The notes beneath the pieces are model-generated. The model was not told the origin of the DNA. It saw only the letters and a list, made by a program, of their open reading frames with translations, and did no database searches. A DNA stretch of 19,589 bases from Pelomyxa schiedti (Eukaryota > Protista > Evosea): NCBI GenBank assembly GCA_020536535.1, contig JAHLWZ010000184.1:12209-31797 (forward strand), in the 5' to 3' direction. The position numbers were made by a program, and so were the translations under genes. Shown here piece by piece: positions 9,380-19,248 of the stretch (positions are counted from its first letter, which is position 1; the number at the start of each line of letters is the position of its first letter).

Positions 9380-9620
9380 ATGCGGCCGTCGTATGGATCC
9401 TGGGCCCCCGGGGGGGGCGGCGGGCGTGGTGGTGGGGGTACAGGCAGGGGAGCCGATGTGCAAGGGGACATGTCGCAGACCGCGTTCGCGGTGATATCGA
9501 GGGCGATACAGCTCGAGGAGGGAGGGGGGCCGGGGGGCGATCAGAGGCCTGCCGCCTTGCAGCTCTACTTGGAAGGTTGCTTGCCTTTGTTGCTGCTGTT
9601 GTTGTGTGTGAGGATGTGAA
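9380..9620. repeat. GC-rich low-complexity island with long G-runs (G-quadruplex-capable), in the 3' flank of the ankyrin gene. T-rich tracts follow at 9640-9710.
   Basis: ggcccccggggggggcggcgggcgtggtggtgggggtacaggcagggg...ggagggaggggggccggggggcg. ORFs overlap on both strands with Gly- or Pro/Arg-rich translations, which is typical of non-coding GC-rich sequence. Confidence 0.4.
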
Positions 9621-10102
9621 TTGTGGGTGCGTCGTGGGTGTTTTTTTTTACGTCGTTTTCCCATTTTTTTTTTACTTTTATTTTGTTGTTTTTTTTTATT
9701 TTGTTAATTTAATGCATTGGTTGATGTTGTACTAGGATATCAATTGATGCAACATGCTTTGGAGCTGGGTGATAATTCGTGCGCTATTGAATATTTCGTT
9801 TCTTTCTTCTCTCCAGACGTTGTAACAGTTACACTCCAATAGACAAGCATCACAGGCTCTGGAAGCAAAAATGCAACGCAATGCTTCAATGGTACTGGGC
9901 AGAATTCAGGCGCTTCAAGAGGCACTTGGTGTAACACCATCCAAGTCGGGAGATTACTTCCTTAAATAGCAGCTATTTTCTAATATCGTGTAGTTCCCTT
10001 CCCACTAGTATTGCTCCTGTTACTGGAAGTACTTGCAATTCCGGTTCTCCTACTGACGGTGATCCCAGTTGTTGTGGGACAGGAAATATAGCTAGCAGGC
10101 TG

Positions 10103-11874
<1,772 letters not shown>

Positions 11875-11975
11875 AATAAGCTTAGTGTTTTTGTTTTTGT
11901 GGAAGGACAAACCAAGAATTTTGTTGGGCAAATTGAAAAAGCCACTATTTCTTTTGCTACTAAGGCTTTGTTGGT

Positions 11976-13620
11976 TTACTTGAAGTTCTTTGCTTGGTTG
12001 AACTTGCGGCCGCCAAAGTTGCCGTCCCAGGCAAGCATGTCACAGAGGAGCTCCTTCTGTGCAGCGTCGGCAAGGTCGACCTTCTTCCAGTCATAGAGGG
12101 CATAGTCCTCGCACTCGGTCATCTCGGCCGGAACTTCGGAGCCGCGGAACAGCCAGCAGCCCTCAATCTCGAACGGCTTGGCATCGTTGAAGATGCAAAG
12201 GCTGCCAAAGCCGTACTTGCGGAGCTTGTCCAGCCTCTGGATCCATCCTCCTACTTGATTGCAGACAATGAACAGCTGGTCGGTTTCGATTTCGAACTGT
12301 GCCGGAGTTAGAATTGGGGATGGGGTGTGAATGTAGGTACCTTGTACTTGCAGAAGTAGAGGCAGTAACCCTCGTCGAGGTGCTCCCAGAGCCATGGGAT
12401 AGCGACGGTGCGGGTGTCCTCGTTGGAGTAGACTCGCTTCCATGTGTCCATGTCGAGCTTGCTTGCTGGGAGGAGGTCAAGTGGGTTCTTAGCCTTAGGC
12501 TCCTCCTCAAGTCCGAGCTCATCGCCGTCGTCATCGTCGTCATCGTCGGCCTTCTTCTTGGGCTTCTTGGCTGGCTTCTCAGCAGCTGCAGGCTTCTCAG
12601 CTGCAGCGGGTTTCTCAGCAGCGGGCTTCTCGGGCTTGGCAGCAGCGGTTGGCTTCTCAACTGGAGCAGGTGCATCAGGAGCAACTTGCATCTTCTCACA
12701 AAGTGTGATTTCACCAAGAACTTCGAGGAAGTGGGGCTGGTTGATGCAGGTCATGAACCACCTGTTGGTGTGGATGAACTCGCGGCGGAATCCTCTGTCA
12801 AGAACCTACAAACGGAATGTTAGCCAAAAGAAAAAAACCCCAAGGAAGTGTACACACCAGCTTGTAGAGGTTGATGAGTGAGCAAACCAAAACGATGTCG
12901 GCGAGTGTGACCCTCTCGCCAACCATGAAGGTCCTTGTCATGAGGTGTGAGTTGAGGATCTTGAGAGCAACGCGGATATCTCCCTTGGCCTTGCTTGTGG
13001 CCTACAAGGTAAATTGTTACAATTTACGTTGGGAAGGAAAAAAGGAGATACAGTCATATTGTTGGGGATGATTCCCATGATTGGAAGAACCCAGGCCATT
13101 GCTGGAAGATCGATTTCAGAGGAAGCGAACTCGATCCACTGATCAATCAATGATCCCTCATATCCACTAGAGCCATAGAGTGTGTCACTGCACCTTGCAA
13201 CTAAACAATGAAAGTAAGAACCAGTACCCAACAATTTAAAAAAAAAAAAGGAAATAAAAAACCTAAAAAGTAAAAAAAAAAAAAGAAAAGGAAAAGTAAA
13301 GAGGGAGAAGGAACGCACTGTATCGGCAAATGGCATTTGCTTCGAAAATTGGGCCCTCGGGTGTCTCGAGCACTGGGGGCTTGCCAGTTGGGTTCTTGGC
13401 CAAGAATGCGGGGGTCCTGCAATCCGCCTCGGAAAACTCGCCAACAGCAACCTCGACTCCTGCGTACTTGGCCGCGATGAGCGCCTTTTGTCCGCGAAGA
13501 TCGTCAGCCGTGCAAATCAAGTTCTACAACGATAATGTTACACCAAGATCCGAGAAGAAAAAGACTGGCAGAGGGGGAAAAAAACGCAAGGGAACGACGC
13601 TCCGCACGCACCATCGACAT
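11976..13620 (-). CDS. EEF1G: Translation elongation factor 1-gamma (EF-1 gamma), 6 exons
   Basis: Minus-strand exons in + coordinates: 13612-13620 (ATGTCGATG), 13328-13523, 13052-13200, 12858-13001, 12341-12805, 11979-12296, plus stop 11976-11978. Introns are 88, 127, 50, 52 and 44 nt.

Product: MSM|NLICTADDLRGQKALIAAKYAGVEVAVGEFSEADCRTPAFLAKNPTGKPPVLETPEGPIFEANAICRY|IARCSDTLYGSSGYEGSLIDQWIEFASSEIDLPAMAWVLPIMGIIPNNMT|ATSKAKGDIRVALKILNSHLMTRTFMVGERVTLADIVLVCSLINLYKL|VLDRGFRREFIHTNRWFMTCINQPHFLEVLGEITLCEKMQVAPD...(Lys/Ala/Glu/Pro linker)...EPKAKNPLDLLPASKLDMDTWKRVYSNEDTRTVAIPWLWEHLDEGYCLYFCKYK|FEIETDQLFIVCNQVGGWIQRLDKLRKYGFGSLCIFNDAKPFEIEGCWLFRGSEVPAEMTECEDYALYDWKKVDLADAAQKELLCDMLAWDGNFGGRKFNQAKNFK*.

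Both the GST-like N-terminal half and the EF1G C-terminal domain are present. Third codon positions are strongly G/C-biased, as expected for a highly expressed gene. Confidence 0.9.
12520..12660 (-). repeat. In-frame tandem ~15-nt repeat encoding (A)EKPAAA units plus a poly-Asp run in the EF-1 gamma linker
   Basis: On the + strand: ggcttctcagcagctgcag gcttctcagctgcagcggg tttctcagcagcgggcttctcgggc, preceded by gtcgtcatcgtcgtcatcgtc. On the minus strand this translates to KPAAEKPAAAEKPAAAEKPAKKPKKKADDDDDDDGDE. Confidence 0.5.
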
Positions 13621-14262
13621 GTCTATCACTAAACTGGTTTTGAGTAGAATGAATTAAATTTAATTCTTTTCGGCATTTTTTTGTGCCTTTCTTATCTGAC
13701 GTCGGATCCCATCACAGTTGTTTTGGTTCCTGATGGGTTCTGAACTCAGAGATTGCGCCGAGGGCCTTGTAATAAGTGACCTATTTACCGTTGTACTGGC
13801 ACTCTCAGCCTCATTCTGGAAAACCTCAAACCTCATGCTGGTCGTTTCGGCAAAACAAATTTACAGACAACGGTTTTAGAGACACAGCAACACCCATTAC
13901 GCGTTCTGTGAGTACGTGGAATGGCAAGCGCATTGTCGGACGCCATACAGTTGTGTGATGGAGTTGCCGAGCTAGGCGGGTTGGTTGTTGGGTTCGTGCA
14001 GGGGTGGCTGGGCACGTCCGGCAGAGGCTCAATCCCCGGCGTATGTGTCATCGCATCGCCACTGTGTAAACTTCGGCGTTTCTATGTTTCTATTGCTCTA
14101 TTTCGATGGATTTGCAGTGGTTGTTTGTGCGTTTTCACCGGCTTTGTTAACGGCCACCACCCCGTGTGATTATGGGTGATAATAAGTGAATTTGGCACAT
14201 TTGGGACTTCTTTTCTAATTTTGGAATGTTTATTGTCACACACATTGTTTAATAGAGTAACA
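13621..14262. promoter_or_regulatory. Divergent intergenic region between EF-1 gamma (minus, ATG at 13620) and the lectin-domain gene (plus). Presumed bidirectional promoter. It contains a GC-rich block at ~13920-14060.
   Basis: No coherent ORF is present; the ORFs overlap on both strands with biased composition. The region lies between two divergently oriented gene 5' ends. It contains a ctgacgtcgg CRE-like half-palindrome at ~13688. This is inference only. Confidence 0.3.
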
Positions 14263-14763
14263 TTAAATCAAGGAAGCAAGGACATTGGCAGCTGTGGTTG
14301 AAACAATAATAGCAACTATAAAGACTCTGAAAAACACCCCTGCCAATGATACATGCCTGGCTGTTGTTAAAAATATTGAGGCGGAACTCACGAATGCCAA
14401 GGCTATCCTCGAAAAGTGGAAATTAAAGGAGAAGAAAGTTGGCCTTTTCAATGTTGAAATGTAAATCGCACTGACATTAAATTCAGTTCATGTTCAACCC
14501 CAAAACGCATATAGCCGCCACTGTTGCAAGCACAGAACGACTTAAGAGTTTATTTGATCTCTTGGAGAAGGCAAGATCACTCACAGAGGGAAAGAATGTC
14601 AATCCTGCTACTCTAATTACGGATCCGGTACCCTATTTCATTGTTGGCTTTTGTAGGTTGCACTAATTCTAATCCAAGGTTGCCCGAAAATTCTGGTGCA
14701 CCAGTTTCGGCGATGTGTAAGTTCATCTACATATTTACTTTTCTGACTATACTTTTAATAGAG

Positions 14764-15741
14764 TTTCAGCCTCCTATCTTATGTTCGTGGTTGCTTTTAA
14801 GAACGCATATGGATTACCTGCTCCAGCAGTTGAAAAGCTAAAGCAGGGTTATCACTTTGTTGTTTTCTTGCGTGAATACTCACGTTCTTTTTCTTTTCCA
14901 GGTGGCCCACCGGTTCTCGATGTTTATCGGTTTAATGAAGTCACCAAGGCTGGAATTAAAAATCTTATTGCCATTTGCGATTATACAAACCCTTTCGCCG
15001 AACAATTGCAACCAGGGGCCACTCCCTCAAAACCCCTTGTCCATAACGACGTATGCACAGCCTAAATTTTCCTTTCCAGCTGAAATAAACTCTAGATGAT
15101 TGGAAGGCGAGTTAACTGGGCTGGTGCACCCCCACTGGCAGTCTCTGAGGCAGCCAGATCCTTTGTGATATGGTCTGATCTCGGGGGAGTCCTCCAACCA
15201 AAAGGTCCAGCTTGGCTGAAATTCATATAGGACGTAGTAACCTTCACCACAGATTGCTCAAATCAGCCGGGTTGCCCAGTTATTGTCGCACCCTATGCCG
15301 AAGGTGTAAATGCCCAACATTGGAAGTTTGATAAATTCGGGTGCGTGTACAACATGCACAGCGGACTTGTGCTTGATGTTGACCTCCAGGCTCGAGATGG
15401 TGTGATGCACGTAATACAGTGGCCAAGACATGCCGGAGCAAACCAGCAATGGAAGTTATATCCCGTATGTACAAACTTCCAGAATTCTCCGGAGATTAAC
15501 ATTCACACAGGATGGATCCTTCCGAGCTAAGCTTTACCGGGACCAGCAGTGCATGGATGTTGACACAACTAGCAAGGAAGTAATTATGTACTATTGGAGG
15601 GGCAACAGGCCCAACCAAATGTTCCGCGTCAGCAATGATGTCCAAATTGGTGATTCGCCCCTCAAAGGCTCACCAATTAACACCACGGCACCAACTGACT
15701 TGGTCATTTCTCCCACTGCCTCTTTTCCTGGCCGCTCTTAA
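14764..15741 (+). CDS. Ricin-B-type (beta-trefoil, QxW) lectin-domain protein, multi-exon. All exons from 14764 are in frame 0 and are separated by 42-54 nt introns. Additional 5' exons probably lie at ~14285-14716.
   Basis: Exons: 14764-14847, 14902-15050, 15096-15188, 15231-15464, 15511-15741 (TAA). Introns are 54, 45, 42 and 46 nt.

Product: ...SASYLMFVVAFKNAYGLPAPAVEKLKQG|GPPVLDVYRFNEVTKAGIKNLIAICDYTNPFAEQLQPGATPSKPLVHND|MIGRRVNWAGAPPLAVSEAARSFVIWSDLGG|DVVTFTTDCSNQPGCPVIVAPYAEGVNAQHWKFDKFGCVYNMHSGLVLDVDLQARDGVMHVIQWPRHAGANQQWKLYP|DGSFRAKLYRDQQCMDVDTTSKEVIMYYWRGNRPNQMFRVSNDVQ...

QxW / QxF triads with G-x-x-LDV spacing are typical of R-type (CBM13) lectin domains. The upstream helical exons (ETIIATIKTLKNTPANDTCLAVVKNIEAELTNAKAILEKWKLKEKKVGLFN; IAATVASTERLKSLFDLLEKARSLTEGKNVNPATLITDP) are coding-like, but their splice joins were not resolved. 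The 42-nt intron 15189-15230 is needed to bypass an in-frame TAG at 15228. Confidence 0.55.
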
Positions 15742-15831
15742 TATCAAAACACCTGACATCATGGGAAAAAAAATAAGGTTATTGTGTTTGGAAGTAAAAG
15801 GGATTCTTTATGTTCTTATGTGGTTTAAAAC

Positions 15832-18800
15832 CCATTATTCGACGGTAATAAGGAACAAAGTAGCTGTACACCCTGGTGGAATAAATGCAAATGAGGTTCT
15901 TTCTTGTTCAGCCTGTGTGGAATAGTTAGTGATACACCGGCACCCCACAACCACTATTTTGTTGTTATTGTTATATGTCCCTGTTGCCCTTGTTTGAGCA
16001 ACCCTGACCCTCGCTTGTACTGTATATTCCCCAGTATGAACTTCCCGCAATGTATATTCAAATGGGCCAAGTCCTGCCGGAGTTCCGGACGAAATTCTGC
16101 CTCCGGATGAGGTGTGGTTGTTCCAGATACTGCATTTCTCACCACCAGGTTCAGTAATGTGCAGCTCCACGTCCGCGGACTCGGAATTGGTCCACAGACA
16201 AATGCGGAGGTCAAGAGGAACTGCGGCCGGGGTTGGAATGAGGCCAGGCGGGATGATTTGCGCAAAGCGATACCTGCAGAGTTCCAGCCGGGCCGTGAGT
16301 TGGATTCCGAAGTCCTGGGCTCTGCATACCGCGTCACCAGTGGCTATATGGTAGAGCTCCTCCAGCATTTTAACGGCCCTCTTGTTGGTGTTGAAGTTGG
16401 AGCTCTCTGCATGGAGAAGAGATACTACGGCGTGGAGTAGTGCTTGAACTTGTTCTGGTCGTAGGTAATGTACGGCAGACCACAGTTTGGCAGTGTGTTC
16501 CCACATTCCCAGTGCTTCGCATACTGTGGCCAGCATCTGGACTGGAACGGGATCGCCTGGTGAGTCCTCAACTAGTTTACTAAGGGCAGTGAATATGCGG
16601 TCGTACTCTGATTCAGGAAGTAGGATACTGCCATCTCTGAGTTCAGAAAACTGGTTAAGGAGAGTTGATAAGTGGAATTCTCCTGCAAAGTCATTCATGC
16701 ACTGCATTGGTGATCCTGACCAGAGCTTAAGCATGTAGGAGCGAATGGGAATTTCTGACTGCATAGCGAAGTTAGTACCATTTAAATTTTTGCACCTCTT
16801 TCTGTCTACTTGGGTCTGAGGTATACTGCACGACGGATGGTAGGTTGGATGTGACGGAGTGTAAGATCGAGAAGGGAGGATGGTTTGCAAAGAAGAGCGG
16901 ACGACAGTGCCCATTTGGGCAAGGGTAGTTGGAATTAGTTCCGGTTCCCCAAAGCGGGAGTCATTGGTAGATATTTCTGAAGGGAGTTCGGGTTCGGGTG
17001 ACAGCCAGGTTCGATCACGCAAGGTTCCATTACATTCAGCCAGCTCCCGCAATTGGCACTTTTTCCACTCATTGGTAGATTCGTCCATTGGGGTTAATAA
17101 AGGCTTAACAAGATCGGATGCCCTAGCCAGCTGCTCCTGACTATCTCCCGTCACTAGAACGTGTAGAGGCTCATCACTTGAGCTTTTAGGTGCAGAGTCC
17201 CTCGCCCTGGATCCCTCTTTGATGGAACCCTTGCCTCGTATGCTAATTTTTGCACCACTTTCAGACTCGATACGCTTTTGTGTCTTTCCACGTGGTCCAA
17301 TGAGTAGACCAATGAAATTGTAATCAGGAAATTGCGCGTCCGGAATAGGTATTTTCAGTGCCAGTTTCTCAGGTTCTGGAGGGGAAAGGGCCTATTTGAA
17401 CGTAAGTTAGAAGGAATAGTATTTGGCTTACATACCAGTCTTTTATCAAGAGGGATAGTATAACCTTTCCTATTTTTCCAATTTGAAATGCATGGTGGTA
17501 TCTTCCACTTCTCTAGATCATTGGATTCCACCTTCAGCTTCTTCCTTGATTTATCTTGCGGTTCAGTTACACACTCTTGGTACCCGGTGGTTACCACTTG
17601 GGCTTCTGCTGAACCCAATCCAGTTTCCATAAAATGGGCGAACTGAGAAGGAATGGATCTCTCCTCCACAGTACCACTTGCCCACATACAGAAATTTCTC
17701 CAAAGAACTTCAGCAGCTCTTAAGGATCGCTGGGCTATTCGGTACTGCGAAATTTCTCGTTCTTTCTTACGTATCGAATTTTCTCTCATGTATTCGGCAT
17801 GCATTGTGACCTGGCTTGGATGAGGGGTCACCTGGTGGGAAAGATACTGTTCAAGTGTGAATAAGACAATGAAGGAGCATTCGGGTCCGCATATGCAATA
17901 CTGTTGGCAAAATTCGACAATAGAAGACGTTTCTGCGTTTAGATCACGCATGTGTTCGAGCCTTAGTAACGCCCACTGTCGGGAGATTATGGAGCCGATT
18001 TTTTTCTCTCTTGAAAATTCATGTTGCAAGGGCAAAGAGAACGAATTGGTTTGAATATCCTCCCCACCCTGTACAAATTTAACCTCAATGCTTGAGTCAG
18101 AGTGAGGAAATTGTTCCACTCTTCCGCACACCAAGAATGGCTCCAATTCGGAAATTGTACTAGTGTTGCTCAGGTCTGCTGTGCAACCTTTCTGTCGTAC
18201 ATCAGCAGTAATCCTACTACCTTGTACTATCTCTGCAGCTTTGAGTGGCTGACAGACTGCCAAGTTGATGTATATACCCCCACTGATGCGAGAAATGGCT
18301 CTAAGAGTTGATTCATTGTGCTGTGAGGCAGTAATAGTATCACATATAGTGAAGACAGGTAAGCATCCAAAGTCAAAAGCACTCGAGTCACCAGTAGAGA
18401 GAGTATCCACACCGTCAGAAAACATAACCCAGATGTGGTAGTGGTCAGAATTGCTTCGGCACCATTTGGCAAGTAATGACAAGTCAGTGGCTCCGGAATA
18501 GTAAATCGTTTCAATTGACTCCATAAGAGTCTGTACTGGGTCTGACCTTTGCCATGAAGACCGCTTATGAATACTGCAAGAATCAAAAGTAATAATATCA
18601 GCTGCCACAGGTCCTGCCTGCAAAATTGAAATAAGACATTCCAATTCCGATCTGTGAGAGATATGGTCTCTACTTGAAGAGCAGTCCCATAGAATCCCTA
18701 TCTTTTTGGATGTAGTTCTTGATTCCGGTATTGCTTGTGGAGGACTGGTGCAGACACATAGAAAGAATGTCTCATTAAGCGTATATTCCACATCCATAAT

Positions 18801-19049
18801 AAACTTGGGAAGATTCGGTATTGTGAAGTCTAGCATACTCTCTGGAGTAGAGGACCCACTGGAGTCATATGAGAACTCCAGGAAATCTCCAGAATCAGCA
18901 ACGCTGAAATGAGACAATACTTCTCTGAGTGGAGCACGTAGAGGATGATCGACTTTGACGTCGAAATGAAAAAATCTCAGCAGCTTCGAAAAAGGACTCA
19001 AGTCGAAAGGGAAAGTAAAAGAGGCACAGGCATCACGGACAGTAAGCAT
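15832..19049 (-). CDS. Chimeric-architecture gene in one spliced frame: N-terminal region + vWA domain, then an SF1/BBP-like SPSP-helix-hairpin, then KH-QUA2, then a ~390-aa C-terminal region with a beta-rich domain
   Basis: Two long minus-strand ORFs (19064..17355 and 17154..15835) are joined by a 44-nt GT-AG intron at 17392-17435: GTATGTAAGCCAAATACTATTCCTTCTAACTTACGTTCAAATAG, with a TTCTAAC branch motif.

Upstream exon: ...KKIGILWDCSSS...DIITFDSCS...YYSGATDLSLL...IWVMFSDGVDT...LPVFTICDT...AISRISGGIYINLA (vWA), then ~140 aa of open frame, then TPHPSQVTMHAEYMRENSIRKKEREISQYRIAQRSL (matches the SF1 SPSP + helix-hairpin region), ending ...KGYTIPLDKRL|.

Downstream exon: ALSPPEPEKLALKIPIPDAQFPDYNFIGLLIGPRGKTQKRIESESGAKISIRGKGSIKEGSRARDSAPKSSSDEPLHVLVTGDSQEQLARASDLVKPLLTPMDESTNEWKKCQLRELAECNGTLRD (KH with GPRG loop + QUA2; closest to SF1/BBP). 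There are no CCHC zinc knuckles and no Pro-rich tail. Instead there are 390 aa ending with ...LDLRICLWTNSESADVELHITEPGGEKCSIWNNHTSSGGRISSGTPAGLGPFEYTLREVHTGEYTVQARV..., then TAA at 15832-15834.

The start ATG at 19047-19049 is the first ATG of the open frame. Further 5' exons are possible. Confidence 0.6.
16000..16218 (-). CDS. C-terminal beta-rich domain of the minus-strand chimeric gene. From memory it resembles the DUF2135-type domain that follows VIT/vWA modules in YfaP-like proteins. Unverified.
   Basis: LDLRICLWTNSESADVELHITEPGGEKCSIWNNHTSSGGRISSGTPAGLGPFEYTLREVHTGEYTVQARVRV. The pattern W...D.DLH..EP.G...........GG.......G.GP..Y......G.Y.V is what I recall for that family. There was no database access, so this assignment is a hypothesis. 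Confidence 0.3.
17014..17358 (-). CDS. SF1/BBP-type KH-QUA2 RNA-binding module (STAR family) of the minus-strand chimeric gene
   Basis: YNFIGLLIGPRGKTQKRIESESGAKISIRGKGSIKEG...DEPLHVLVTGDSQEQ...CQLRELAECNGTLRD. This matches the SF1 KH core (NFVGLLIGPRGNTLK...AKIMIRGKGSVKEGK...DEPLHALVTA) and QUA2 (QLRELARLNGTLRE) almost motif for motif. Confidence 0.8.
18255..18704 (-). CDS. vWA domain of the minus-strand chimeric gene
   Basis: DCSSS (MIDAS-like DxSxS), ITFDSCS, YYSGATDL, VMFSDGVD, VFTICDT and ISGGIYINL sit in the expected vWA order and spacing (residues ~121-270 of the open frame). Confidence 0.65.
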
Positions 19050-19248
19050 GTGAATTATCTCCACAGTAACCTTTTATACCAATATCAATGAGAGGAATAA
19101 ACTCCTCATATCTAAAGTTAAAATTTCCTAAACAGAATTAGTACACCCAGTCAGCCAGTCACTTACAACTTATGAATTCCAAAAATGACTCGCATGTACC
19201 AACAATATTAAAACATAGCATCTACTAGTTCGATCTTTACTTTATTTC

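Noticed and set aside
9152-9664. 170-aa minus ORF (MGKRRKKKHPRRTH...QQQQQQ...) and the overlapping 111-aa plus ORF (Gly-rich) at 9284-9619
   Set aside because: Both lie in the G-run island. The translations are low-complexity (poly-Q, poly-G, Pro-rich). There are no recognisable domains and no splice-consistent context.
12163-12881. ORFs 12163-12717(-), 12299-12823(+) and 12444-12881(+), which overlap the EF-1 gamma exon
   Set aside because: They are alternative frames or the antisense of a strongly GC3-biased real exon. The Ser/Pro/Arg-rich products are typical shadow ORFs.
13826-14180. Several 60-80-aa ORFs on both strands in the GC-rich block between EF-1 gamma and the lectin gene
   Set aside because: They overlap each other in all frames and have biased composition. 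They sit in a divergent promoter region with no splice-consistent continuation.
15258-15502. Three small minus-strand ORFs antisense to the lectin domain exons
   Set aside because: They overlap well-supported plus-strand coding exons with QxW motifs and have no features of their own.
15904-16440. Plus-strand ORFs 15904-16110, 16112-16354 and 16114-16440, and the minus alternative-frame ORF 15954-16337
   Set aside because: They are antisense or alternative frames of the long, continuous minus-strand coding exon 15835-17154.
19205-19235. tRNA-like GTTCGATC string at ~19218 and GGTTCG / TCAATCC strings at ~14000-14030
   Set aside because: No flanking sequence can form the T-arm stem plus acceptor stem. 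They are isolated motifs only.
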